64,000 nucleotides of DNA, taken from NCBI GenBank assembly GCA_964016885.1, contig OZ024740.1, forward strand, positions 215,016,001-215,080,000, given 5' to 3'. Both the position numbers and the translations under genes were made by a program. Shown in pieces: positions 38,301 through 50,836 of the stretch. The stretch comes from Eledone cirrhosa. Lineage: Eukaryota. The notes below the pieces were generated by a model. It was not told where the DNA came from and searched no databases. It saw only the letters and a program-made list of their open reading frames with translations. Every line of letters starts with the position of its first letter. The stretch's first letter is position 1.

Positions 38301-41300
38301 GTAGATGAAAGTAGGCAATGTTAGGTAGATGAAAGTAGGCAATGTAAGGTAGATGAAAATAGACAATGTAAAGTAGATGAAAGTAGGCAATGTAAGGTAG
38401 ATGAAAGTATGCAATGTAAGGTAGATGAAAATAGACAATGTAAGGTAGATGAAAGTAGGCAATGTAAGGTAGATGAAAGTATGCAATGTAAGGTAGATGA
38501 AAGTAGACAATGTAAGGTAGATGAAAGTAGGCAATGTAAGGTAGATGAAAGTAGGCAATGTAAGGTAGATGAAAATAGACAATGTAAGGTAGATGAAAGT
38601 AGGCAATGTAAGGTAGATGAAAGTATGCAATGTAAGGTAGATGAAAGTAGACAATGTAAGGTAGATGAAAGTAGGCAATGTAAGGTAGATGAAAGTAGGG
38701 AATGTAAGGTAGATGAAAGTAGGCAATGTAAGGTAGATGAAAGTAGGCAATGTAAGGTAGATGAAAATAGACAATGTAAGGTAGATGAAAGTAGGCAATG
38801 TCAGGTACATGAAAGTAGGCAATGTAAGGTAGATGTTAGTAGGCAATGTAAGGTAGATGAAAGTAGGGAATGTAAGGTAGATGAAAGTATGCAATGTAAG
38901 GTAGATGAAAGTAGGCAATGTAAGGTAGATGAAAGTAGGGAATGTAAGGTAGATGAAAGTATGCAATGTAAGGTAGATGAAAGTAGGCAATGTAAGGTAG
39001 ATGAAAATAGACAATGTAAGGTAGATGAAAGTAGGCAATGTAAGGTAAATGAAAGTAGGCAATGTAAGGTAGATGAAAGTAGGCAATGTTAGGTAGATGA
39101 AAGTAGGGAATGTAAGGTAGATGAAAGTAGGCAATGTAAGGTAGATGAAAGTATGCAATGTAAGGTAGATGAAAGTAGGCAATGTTAGGTAGATGAAAGT
39201 AGGCAATGTAAGGTAGATGAAAGTAGGCAATGTAAGGTAGATGAAAGTAGGTAATGTAAGGTAGATGAAAGTAGACAATGTAAGGTAGATGAAAGTAGGC
39301 AATGTAAGGTAGATGAAAGTAGGCAATGTAAGGTAGATGAAAGTAGGCAATGTAAGGTAGATGAAAGTAGGCAATGTAAGGTAGATGAAAGTAGGCAATG
39401 TTAGGTAGATGAAAGTAGGCAATGTAAGGTAGATGAAAATAGACAATGTAAGGTAGATGAAAGTAGGCAATGTAAGGTAGATGAAAGTAGGCAATGTAAG
39501 GTAGATGAAAGTAGGCAATGTAAGGTAGATGAAAGTAGGTAATGTAAGGTAGATGAAAGTAGGCAATGTAAGGTAGATGAAAGTAGGTAATGTAAGGTAG
39601 ATGAAAATAGACAATGTAAGGTAGATGAAAGTAGGCAATGTAAGGTAGATGAAAATAGACAATGTAAGGTAGATGAAAGTAGGCAATGTAAGGTAGATGA
39701 AAGTAGGCAATGTAAGGTAGATGAAAGTAGGTAATGTAAGGTAGATGAAAGTAGGCAATGTAAGGTAGATGAAAGTAGGTAATGTAAGGTAGATGAAAGT
39801 AGGCAATGTAAGGTAGATGAAAGTATGCAATGTAAGGTAGATGAAAGTAGGTAATGTAAGGTAGATGAAAGTAGACAATGTAAGGTAGATGAAAGTAGGC
39901 AATGTAAGGTAGATGAAAGTATGCAATGTAAGGTAGATGAAAGTAGACAATGTAAGGTAGATGAAAGTAGGCAATGTAAGGTAGATGAAAGTAGGCAATG
40001 TTAGGTAGATGAAAGTAGGCAATGTAAGGTAGATGAAAATAGACAATGTAAGGTAGATGAAAGTAGGCAATGTAAGGTAGATGTTAGTAGGCAATGTAAG
40101 GTAGATGAAAGTAGGCAATGTAAGGTAGATGAAAGTATGCAATGTAAGGTAGATGAAAGTAGGCAATGTTAGGTAGATGAAAGTAGGCAATGTAAGGTAG
40201 ATGAAAGTAGGCAATGTAAGGTAGATGAAAATAGACAATGTAAGGTAGATGAAAGTAGGCAATGTAAGGTAGATGAAAGTATGCAATGTAAGGTAGATGA
40301 AAGTAGACAATGTAAGGTAGATGAAAGTAGGCAATGTAAGGTAGATGAAAGTAGGCAATGTAAGGTAGATGAAAGTAGGCCAGGTAAGGTAGATGAAAGT
40401 AGGCAATGTAAGGTAGATGAAAGTAGGCAATGTAAGGTAGATGAAAGTAGGCAATGTAAGGTAGATGAAAGTAGGCAATGTAAGGTAGATGTTAGTAGGC
40501 AATGTAAGGTAGATGAAAGTAGGCAATGTAAGGTAGATGAAAGTAGGCAATGTAAGGTAGATGAAAGTAGGCAATGTAAGGTAGATGAAAGTAGGCAATG
40601 TAAGGTAGATGAAAGTAGGCAATGTAAGGTAGATGAAAGTAGGCAATGTAAGGTAAATGAAAGTATGCAATGTAAGGTAGATGAAAGTAGGCAATGTAAG
40701 GTAGATGAAAGTAGGCAATGTAAGGTAGATGAAAGTAGGCAATGTAAGGTAGATGAAAATAGACAATGTTAGGTAGATGAAAGTAGACAATGTCAGGTAG
40801 ATGAAAGTAGGCAATGTAAGGTAGATGAAAATAGACAATGTAAGGTAGATGAAAGTAGGGAATGTAAGGTAGATGAAAGTAGGCAATGTAAGGTAGATGA
40901 AAGTAGGCAATGTAAGGTAGATGAAAGTAGGCAATGTAAGGTAGATGAAAGTAGGCAATGTAAGGTAGATGAAAGTAGGCAATGTAAGGTAGATGAAAGT
41001 AGGCAATGTAAGGTAGATGAAAGTAGGCAATGTAAGGTAGATGAAAGTAGGCAATGTAAGGTAGATGAAAGTAGGCAATGTAAGGTAGATGAAAGTAGGC
41101 AATGTAAGGTAGATGAAAGTAGGCAATGTAAGGTAGATGAAAGTAGGCAATGTAAGGTAGATGAAAGTAGGCAATGTAAGGTAGATGAAAGTAGGCAATG
41201 TAAGGTAGATGAAAGTAGGCAATGTAAGGTAGATGAAAGTAGGCAATGTAAGGTAGATGAAAGTAGGCAATGTAAGGTAGATGAAAGTAGGCAATGTAAG

Positions 41301-44300
41301 GTAGATGAAAGTAGGCAATGTAAGGTAGATGAAAATAGACAATGTTAGGTAGATGAAAGTAGACAATGTCAGGTAGATGAAAGTAGGCAATGTAAGGTAG
41401 ATGAAAATAGACAATGTAAGGTAGATGAAAGTAGGGAATGTAAGGTAGATGAAAGTAGGCAATGTAAGGTAGATGAAAGTAGGCAATGTAAGGTAGATGA
41501 AAGTAGGCAATGTAAGGTAGATGAAAGTAGGCAATGTAAGGTAGATGAAAGTAGGCAATGTAAGGTAGATGAAAGTAGGCAATGTAAAGTAGATGAAAGT
41601 AGGCAATGTAAGGTAGATGAAAGTAGGCAATGTAAGGTAGATGAAAGTAGACAATGTAAGGTAGATGAAAGTAGGCAATGTAAGGTAGATGAAAGTAGGC
41701 AATGTAAGGTAGATGAAAGTAGGCAATGTAAGGTAGATGAAAGTAGACAATGTAACGTAGATGAAAGTAGGCAATGTAAGGTAGATGAAAGTAGGCAATG
41801 TAAGGTAGATGAAAGTAGGCAATGTAAGGTAGATGAAAGTAGGCAATGTAAGGTAGATGAAAGTAGACAATGTAAGGTAGATGAAAGTAGACAATGTAAG
41901 GTAGATGAAAGTAGACAATGTAAGGTAGATGAAAGTATGCAATGTAAGGTAGATGAAAATAGACAATGTAAGGTAGATGAAAGTAGACAATGTAACGTAG
42001 ATGAAAGTAGGCAATGTAAGGTAGATGAAAGTAGGCAATGTAAGGTAGATGAAAGTAGGCAATGTAAGGTAGATGAAAGTAGGCAATGTAAGGTAGATGA
42101 AAGTAGGCAATGTAAGGTAGATGAAAGTAGGCAATGTAAGGTAGATGAAAGTAGGCAATGTAAGGTAGATGAACATAGACAATGTAAGGTAGATGAAAGT
42201 AGGCAATGTAAGGTAGATGAAAGTAGACAATGTAAGGTAGATGAAAGTATGCAATGTAAGGTAGATGAAAATAGACAATGTAAGGTAGATGAAAGTAGGC
42301 AATGTAAGGTAGATGAAAGTAGACAATGTAAGGTAGATGAAAGTAGACAATGTAAGGTAGATGAAAGTATGCAATGTAAGGTAGATGAAAATAGACAATG
42401 TAAGGTAGATGAAAATAGACAATGTAAGGTAGATGAAAGTATGCAATGTAAGGTAGATGAAAATAGACAATGTAAGGTAGATGAAAATAGACAATGTAAG
42501 GTAGATGAAAGTAGACAATGTAAGGTAGATGAAAGTAGGCAATGTAAGGTAGATGAAAGTAGGCAATGTAAGGTAGATGAAAGTAGGCAATGTAAGGTAG
42601 ATGAAAGTAGGCAATGTAAGGTAGATGAAAGTAGGCAATGTAAGGTAGATGAAAGTAGGCAATGTAAGGTAGATGAAAGTAGGCAATGTAAGGTAGATGA
42701 AAGTAGGCAATGTAAGGTAGATGAAAGTAGGCAATGTAAGGTAGATGAAAATAGACAATGTAAGGTAGATGAAAGTAGGTAATGTAAGGTAGATGAAAGT
42801 AGGGAATGTAAGGTAGATGAAAATAGACAATGTAAGGTAGATGAAAATAGACAATGTAAGGTAGATGAAAGTAGGCAATGTAAGGTAGATGAAAGTAGGC
42901 AATGTAAGGTAGATGAAAGTAGGCAATGTAAGGTAGATGAAAGTAGGTAATGTAAGGTAGATGAAAGTAGGGAATGTAAGGTAGATGAAAATAGACAATG
43001 TAAGGTAGATGAAAATAGACAATGTAAGGTAGATGAAAGTAGACAATGTAAGGTAGATGAAAGTAGGCAATGTAAGGTAGATGAAAGTAGGCAATGTAAG
43101 GTAGATGAAAGTAGGCAATGTAAGGTAGATGAAAGTAGGCAATGTAAGGTAGATGAAAATAGACAATGTAAGGTAGATGAAAATAGACAATGTAAGGTAG
43201 ATGAAAGTATGCAATGTAAGGTAGATGAAAATAGACAATGTAAGGTAGATGAAAGTAGGCAATGTAAGGTAGATGAAAGTAGGCAATGTAAGGTAGATGA
43301 AAATAGACAATGTAAGGTAGATGAAAGTAGGCAATGTAAGGTAGATGAAAATAGACAATGTAAGGTAGATGAAAATAGACAATGTAAGGTAGATGAAAGT
43401 ATGCAATGTAAGGTAGATGAAAATAGACAATGTAAGGTAGATGAAAGTAGGCAATGTAAGGTAGATGAAAGTAGACAATGTAAGGTAGATGAAAGTAGAC
43501 AATGTAAGGTAGATGAAAGTATGCAATGTAAGGTAGATGAAAATAGACAATGTAAGGTAGATGAAAATAGACAATGTAAGGTAGATGAAAGTAGGCAATG
43601 TAAAGTAGATGAAAGTAGGCAATGTAAGGTAGATGAAAGTAGGCAATGTAAGGTAGATGAAAGTAGACAATGTAAGGTAGATGAAAGTAGGCAATGTAAG
43701 GTAGATGAAAGTAGGGAATGTAAGGTAGATGAAAGTAGGCAATGTAAGGTAGATGAAAGTAGGCAATGTAAGGTAGATGAAAGTAGGGAATGTAAGGTAG
43801 ATGAAAGTAGGGAATGTAAGGTAGATGAAAGTAGGCAATGTAAGGTAGATGAAAGTAGGCAATGTAAGGTAGATGAAAGTAGGCAATGTAAGGTAGATGA
43901 AAGTAGGCAATGTAAGGTAGATGAAAGTAGACGATGTAAAGTAGATGAAAGTAGGCAATGTAAGGTAGATGAAAATAGGCAATGTAAGGTAAATGAAAGT
44001 AGGCAATGTCAGGTAGATGAAAGTAGGCAATGTAAGGTAGATGAAAGTAGGCAATGTAAGGTAGATGAAAGTAGGCAATGTAAGGTAGATGAAAGTAGGC
44101 AATGTAAGATAGATGAACATAGACAATGTAAGGTAGATGAAAATAGGCAATGTCAGGTAGATAAAAGTAGGCAATGTAAGGTAGATGAAAGTAGGCAATG
44201 TAAGGTAGATGAAAGTAGGCAATGTAAGGTAGATGAAAGTAGGCAATGTAAGGTAGATGAAAGTAGGCAATGTAAGGTAGATGAAAGTAGACGATGTAAA

Positions 44301-46565
44301 GTAGATGAAAGTAGGCAATGTAAGGTAGATGAAAATAGGCAATGTAAGGTAGATGAAAGTAGGCAATGTCAGGTAGATGAAAGTAGGTAATGTAAGGTAG
44401 ATGAAAGTAGGCAATGTAAGGTAGATGAAAGTAGGCAATGTAAGGTAGATGAAAGTAGGCAATGTATGGTAGATGAAAGTAGGCAATGTAAGGTAGATGA
44501 AAGTAGGCAATGTAAGGTAGATGAAAGTAGGCAATGTAAGGTAGATGAAAGTAGGCAATGTAAGGTAAATGAAAGTAGGCAATGTAAGGTAGATGAAAGT
44601 AGGTAATGTAAGGTAGATGAAAGTAGGGAATGTAAGGTAGATGAAAGTAGGTAATGTTAGGTAGATGAAAGTAGGCAATGTCAGGTAGATGAAAGTAGGC
44701 AATGTAAGGTAAATGAAAGTAGGCAATGTCAGGTAGATGAAAGTAGGCAATGTCAGGTAGATGAAAGTAGGCAATGTAAGGTAGATGAAAGTAGGCAATG
44801 TAAGGTAGATGAAAGTAGGCAATGTAAGGTAAATGAAAGTAGGCAATGTCAGGTAGATGAAAGTAGGCAATGTAAGGTAGATGAAAGTAGGCAATGTAAG
44901 GTAGATGAAAGTAGGCAATGTATGGTAGATGAAAGTAGGCAATGTAAGGTAGATGAAAGTAGGCAATGTAAGGTAGATGAAAGTAGGCAATGTAAGGTAG
45001 ATGAAAGTAGGCAATGTAAGGTAGATGAAAGTAGGCAATGTAAGGTAGATGAAAGTAGGCAATGTAAGGTAAATGAAAGTAGGCAATGTCAGGTAGATGA
45101 AAGTAGGCAATGTAAGGTAGATGAAAGTAGGCAATGTAAGGTAAATGAAAGTAGGCAATGTCAGGTAGATGAAAGTAGGCAATGTAAGGTAGATGAAAGT
45201 AGGCAATGTAAGGTAGATGAAAGTAGGCAATGTAAGGTAGATGAAAGTAGGGAATGTAAGGTAGATGAAAGTAGGCAATGTAAGGTAGATGAAAGTAGGG
45301 AATGTAAGGTAAATGAAAATAGACAATGTAAGGTAGATAAAAGTAGGCAATGTAAGGTAGATGAAAGTAGGCAATGTAAGGTAGATGAAAGTAGGGAATG
45401 TAAGGTAAATGAAAATAGACAATGTAAGGTAGATAAAAGTAGGCAATGTAAGGTAGATGAAAGTAGGCAATGTCAGGTAGATGAAAGTAGGCAATGTAAG
45501 GTAAATGAAAGTAGGCAATGTCAGGTAGATGAAAGTAGGCAATGTCAGGTAGATGAAAGTAGGCAATGTAAGGTAGATGAAAGTAGGCAATGTAAGGTAG
45601 ATGAAAGTAGGCAATGTAAGGTAAATGAAAGTAGGCAATGTCAGGTAGATGAAAGTAGGCAATGTAAGGTAGATGAAAGTAGGCAATGTAAGGTAGATGA
45701 AAGTAGGCAATGTCAGGTAGATGAAAGTAGGCAATGTAAGGTAGATGAAAGTAGGCAATGTAAGGTAGATGAAAGTAGGCAATGTAAGGTAGATGAAAGT
45801 AGGCAATGTAAGGTAGATGAAAGTAGGCAATGTAAGGTAGATGAAAGTAGGCAATGTAAGGTAAATGAAAGTAGGCAATGTCAGGTAGATGAAAGTAGGC
45901 AATGTAAGGTAGATGAAAGTAGGCAATGTAAGGTAAATGAAAGTAGGCAATGTCAGGTAGATGAAAGTAGGCAATGTAAGGTAGATGAAAGTAGGCAATG
46001 TAAGGTAGATGAAAGTAGGCAATGTAAGGTAGATGAAAGTAGGGAATGTAAGGTAGATGAAAGTAGGCAATGTAAGGTAGATGAAAGTAGGGAATGTAAG
46101 GTAAATGAAAATAGACAATGTAAGGTAGATAAAAGTAGGCAATGTAAGGTAGATGAAAGTAGGCAATGTAAGGTAGATGAAAGTAGGCAATGTCAGGTAG
46201 ATGAAAGTAGGCAATGTAAGGTAGATGAAAATAGACAATGTAAGGTAGATAAAAGTAGGCAATGTAAGGTAAATGAAAATAGACAATGTAAAGTAGATGA
46301 AAATAGACAATGTAAGGTAGATAAAAGTAGGCAATGTAAGGTAGATGAAAGTAGGCAATGTAAGGTAGATGAAAGTAGGCAATGTCAGGTAGATGAAAGT
46401 AGGCAATGTAAGGTAGATGAAAATAGACAATGTAAGGTAGATAAAAGTAGGCAATGTAAGGTAAATGAAAATAGACAATGTAAAGTAGATGAAAATAGAC
46501 AATGTAAGGTAGATGAAAGTAGGCAATGTAAGGTAGATGAAAGTAGACAATGTAAGGTAGATGAA
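26356..46565. repeat. 24-bp tandem satellite, ~842 units (~20.2 kb)
   Basis: Unit aaagtaggcaatgtaaggtagatg. The register is unbroken (one frame is open throughout in the ORF track); variants are substitutions only. Confidence 0.99.
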
Positions 46566-46835
46566 TAGATACCAGGATGTGATTGTGGAAAGAATAACAT
46601 GATGTTGTATTTCATACTCATCCAACCATGTCAACATGTAAAAACAAACACTAATGACAGGCATAGTGGTGACGATGATGACAGCAATAAAGATAATATT
46701 ATAATTTTCTGGAACGCTAACCTCATCTTTAGTCTATGTATTTCTAATAGTTATACCCACACTACATTTTAATTGGCTTCATCTTTGGTTGGTACCAACT
46801 ATCATATTCCTGATGTCTACATAATCCCAATCGGC

Positions 46836-48890
46836 TGCTCACTGATAGGTTTGTAGTAGAGCCTGTAGCAGTGGTAGAGACTTCCGACATTCTTGACCCT
46901 CAGACCACATCCCTACTCACTGATAGGTTTGTAGTAGAGCCTGTAGCAGTGGTAGAGACTTCCGACATTCTTGACCCTCAGACCACATCCGTACTCACTG
47001 ATAGGTTTGTAGTAGAGCCTGTAGCAGTGGTAGAGACTTCCGACATTCTTGACCCTCAGACCACATCCCTACTCACTGATAGGTTTGTAGTAGAGCCTGT
47101 AGCAGTGGTAGAGACTTCCGACATTCTTGACCCTCAGACCACATCCCTACTCACTGATAGGTTTGTAGTAGAGCCTGTAGCAGTGGTAGAGACTTCCGAC
47201 ATTCTTGACCCTCAGACCACATCCCTACTCACTGATAGGTTTGTAGTAGAGCCTGTAGCAGTGGTAGAGACTTCCGACATTCTTGACCCTCAGACCACAT
47301 CCCTACTCACTGATAGGTTTGTAGTAGAGCCTGTAGCAGTGGTAGAGACTTCCGACATTCTTGACCCTCAGACCACATCCCTACTCACTGATAGGTTTGT
47401 AGTAGAGCCTGTAGCAGTGGTAGAGACTTCCAACATTCTTGACCCTCAGACCACATCCCTACTCACTGATAGGTTTGTAGTAGAGCCTGTAGCAGTGGTA
47501 GAGACTTCCGACATTCTTGACCCTCAGACCACATCCCTACTCACTGATAGGTTTGTAGTAGAGCCTGTAGCAGTGGTAGAGACTTCCAACATTCTTGACC
47601 CTCAGACCACATCCCTACTCACTGATAGGTTTGTAATAGAGCCTGTAGCAGTGGTAGAGACTTCCGACATTCTTGACCCTCAGACCACATCCCTACTCAC
47701 TGATAGGTTTGTAGTAGAGCCTGTAGCAGTGGTAGAGACTTCCGACATTCTTGACCCTCAGACCACATCCCTACTCACTGATAGATTTGTGGTAGAGACT
47801 TCTGGCATTCTTGACCCTCAGACCACATCCCTACTGACTGATAGGTTTGTGGTAGAGACTTCTGGCATTCTTGACCCTCAGACCACATCCCTACTCACTG
47901 ATAGGTTTGTAGTAGAGCCTGTAGCAGTGGTAGAGACTTCCGACATTCTTGACCCTCAGACCACATCCCTACTCACTGATAGGTTTGTAGTAGAGCCTGT
48001 AGCAGTGGTAGAGACTTCCGACATTCTTGACCCTCAGACCACATCCCTACTCACTGATAGATTTGTGGTAGAGACTTCCGACTTTCTTGACCCTCAGACC
48101 ACATCCCAACTGACTGATAGGTTTGTGGTAGAGACATCTGGCATTCTTGACCCTCAGACCACATCCCTACTGACTGATAGGTTTGTGGTAGAGACTTCTG
48201 GCATTCTTGACCCTCAGACCACATCCCTATTGACTGATAGGTTTGTGGTAGAGACTTCTGGCATTCTTGACCCTCAGACCACATCCCTACTCACTGATAG
48301 GTTTGTAGTAGAGCCTGAAGCAGTGGTAGAGACGTCCGGCATTCTTGACCCTCAGACCACATCAATACTGACTGATAGGTTTGTGGTAGAGACATCCGGC
48401 ATTCTTGACCCTCAGACCACATCCCAGTCACTGATAGGTTTGTGGTAGAGACTTCCGGCATTCTTGACCCTCAGATCACATCCCTACTCACTGATAGGTT
48501 TGTGGTAGAGACTTCTGGCATTCTTGACCCTCAGACCACATCCCTACTCACTGATAGGTTTGTGGTAGAGACTTCTGGCATTCTTGACCCTCAGACCACA
48601 TCCCTACTCACTGATAGGTTTGTGGTAGAGACTTGTGGCATTCTTGACCCTCAGACCACATCCAAGTCACTGATAGGTTTGTGGTAGAGCCTGTAGCAGT
48701 GGTAGAGATGTCCGGCATTCTTGACCCTCAGACCACATCCCAGTCACTGATAGGTTTGTGATAGAGACTTCTGGCATTCTTGACCCTCAGACAACATCCC
48801 TACTCACTGATAGGTTTGTGGTAGAGACTGTAGCAGTGGTAGAGACTTCTGGCATTCTTGACCCTCAAACCACATCCCTACTCATTGCTA
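46836..48890 (+). repeat. 78-bp minisatellite with 60/58-bp deletion-derivative units
   Basis: Unit ctcactgataggtttgtagtagagcctgtagcagtggtagagacttccgacattcttgaccctcagaccacatcccta; ~12 full units, then mixed long and short units from ~47790. Confidence 0.97.
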
Positions 48891-48995
48891 TCAGAGTGGT
48901 TGGCTGCCCACTGGTATGAGCCTCATAAGGTGGAGTGGCTGTTCCAGCGCATCTGCTTCACCGTCCTCCACAGCAATGCAATCATGGTTAGTTAA
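48810..48995 (+). mobile_element. C-terminal end of a CRE-like RLE non-LTR retrotransposon (source of the array)
   Basis: The last unit runs on, via a 1-nt frameshift, into WLAAHWYEPHKVEWLFQRICFTVLHSNAIMVS*. This resembles the ...P.AVET.G..G...L.QR.S..V.RGNA ending of CRE-type RLE domains. Confidence 0.65.
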
Positions 48996-49384
48996 AGGTG
49001 GAGGATAATCATTCAGACGTCACACATTGACATATACTTCATATGAAAATTGAATCCAAAAGTGGATCCAAATTATGAAGCTTTATTTCTAAACTAAGAG
49101 TAATAACATCATCTAATTGATAGACACCTGATAACAAGAATCAAACCATTCATAGCAAACCTTAGATGTATATATTGTAAATATATGCTAGAAAGATGTT
49201 AATAATTAAGAAAATTATATGTTATTGACAAATGATTTCAGATATTTAGACATATAATCACCTTAGGTAAACGGGCCTGTTCGAAAAATATACTGCAGTC
49301 TCTATTTCATGCCGCAAAAACTGGCAATGGGCCTACGATCTGTCCTGAGAGGCATGGGATGGATGCACAAAGATTGCAAATTGT

Positions 49385-49652
49385 GAGATCACAGCTCTGA
49401 TACTATGGGCATGTGGTTAGAATGCCTCAGGGAAGAATCACTGGACAGATTTTACAGGCAAAACCAACTGGCAGGAGACCCAGGGGAAGACACCGAGCAA
49501 GATGGTTGGATAACATCATATGGGGTCAGTTGGTCTCACTTGGAGATCCAGCTGGATCAGTTGGAGACAGTTGCTTCAAACAAGACTCGCTGAAAGGAGT
49601 GTTTCAGGACTCTGCCCCCACAACCCTCTCAGGAATAAGTGGGAGAAGAAAA
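49385..49652 (+). mobile_element. RTE-clade LINE family 1, 3' fragment
   Basis: GHVVRMPQGRITGQILQAKPTGRRPRGRHRARWLDNI; same 3' end cccacaaccctctcaggaataagtgg. Confidence 0.85.
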
Positions 49653-49685
49653 AGTAGAAACATATAATCAACTGCGAGAATCATT

Positions 49686-49925
49686 TATCATATACACTCG
49701 AATTTAAGCCAATAAATATGTAAACCCCAAAATTTAATGATAGACCCCCCCCCCCCAATATAAGTGGGGCACTTATATTGGGGGGGGGGGGCAATATTTT
49801 GACGATTTTCACCAACTTCAAATTCTACATAGATAAGGTTTGGATTTTAGCCAATTTCTCACACATAGAATATTGGTGCCAACTTATATTCCAGAATAAG
49901 CTTATATTCCAATATAAATAATATA
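49686..49925. mobile_element. Tc1/mariner-pogo-like MITE, decayed, with an internal palindrome
   Basis: Imperfect inverted ends tatcatatacactcgaatttaagc / gcttatattccaatataaataata. Confidence 0.45.
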
Positions 49926-50269
49926 TTATAGAATTATCATCTATATATTACTAAAACTTTGTGTCGTTATTTCTGATTGTTTGTTTTTGATTTCAAGTGA
50001 AAATGGTCCATTGTAGCACAAAATATATTTCAAATGTGCTCTTAAACACAAAACCTTTTGGTTGAAATAACTTCCAATTCATTTCTTGAACTGGATCACC
50101 CCCACACACACAAAAAAGGATATTTTTCTGTATATAAATCAAGAGAGAAAAAGTTATTTGTAGTCATTAATGGAAAATAGACAAAAAAAAAACAATGCAC
50201 AGACACAAACATACAGATAACTATAAAAATAGACAGGCATATATAGAACAAGACACACACAAACATTTA

Positions 50270-50836
50270 ATCATATGCACATACACATATATAAAAGATA
50301 CACACACGTGTAATCATATAAACATACACATATATAAAAGATACACACACGTGTAATCATATAAACATACACATATATAAAAGAAGAGACACACACACAC
50401 ATGTAATTATATGCACATACACATATATAAAACATGACACACACACATGTAATTATATGCACATACACATATATAAAACATGACACACACACATGTAATT
50501 ATATGCACATACACATATATAAAACATGACACACATACATGTAATTATATGCACATACACATATATAAAACATGACACACACACATGTAATTATATGCAC
50601 ATACACATATATAAAACATGACACACACACATGTAATTATATGCACATACACATATATAAAACATGACACACATACATGTAATTATATGCACATACACAT
50701 ATATAAAACATGACACACATACACGTAATTATATGCACATACACATATATAAAACATGACACACATACATGTAATTATATTCACATACACACATATAAAA
50801 CATAACACACACACGTAATTATAGGTACATACACAT
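50270..50836. repeat. 46-bp minisatellite, ~12 copies
   Basis: Unit atgtaattatatgcacatacacatatataaaacatgacacacacac (46-bp period at 50401, 50447, 50493). Confidence 0.93.

Noticed and set aside
26331-46664. 6777-aa ORF (LTLPTFIY repeats) and the plus-strand QCKVDESR ORFs as real proteins
   Set aside because: They result from a stop-free 24-bp unit. Few single substitutions can create a stop in that frame, the common variants are mostly non-synonymous, the start lies in what looks like a decayed SINE/LINE tail, and the plus frame is repeatedly broken by stops.
46871-48687. 525-aa and 81-aa mucin-like repeat ORFs as a host gene
   Set aside because: They are tandem amplifications of a retrotransposon fragment, start at GTG, are frameshifted by 58-bp units, and lie antisense to the host exon.
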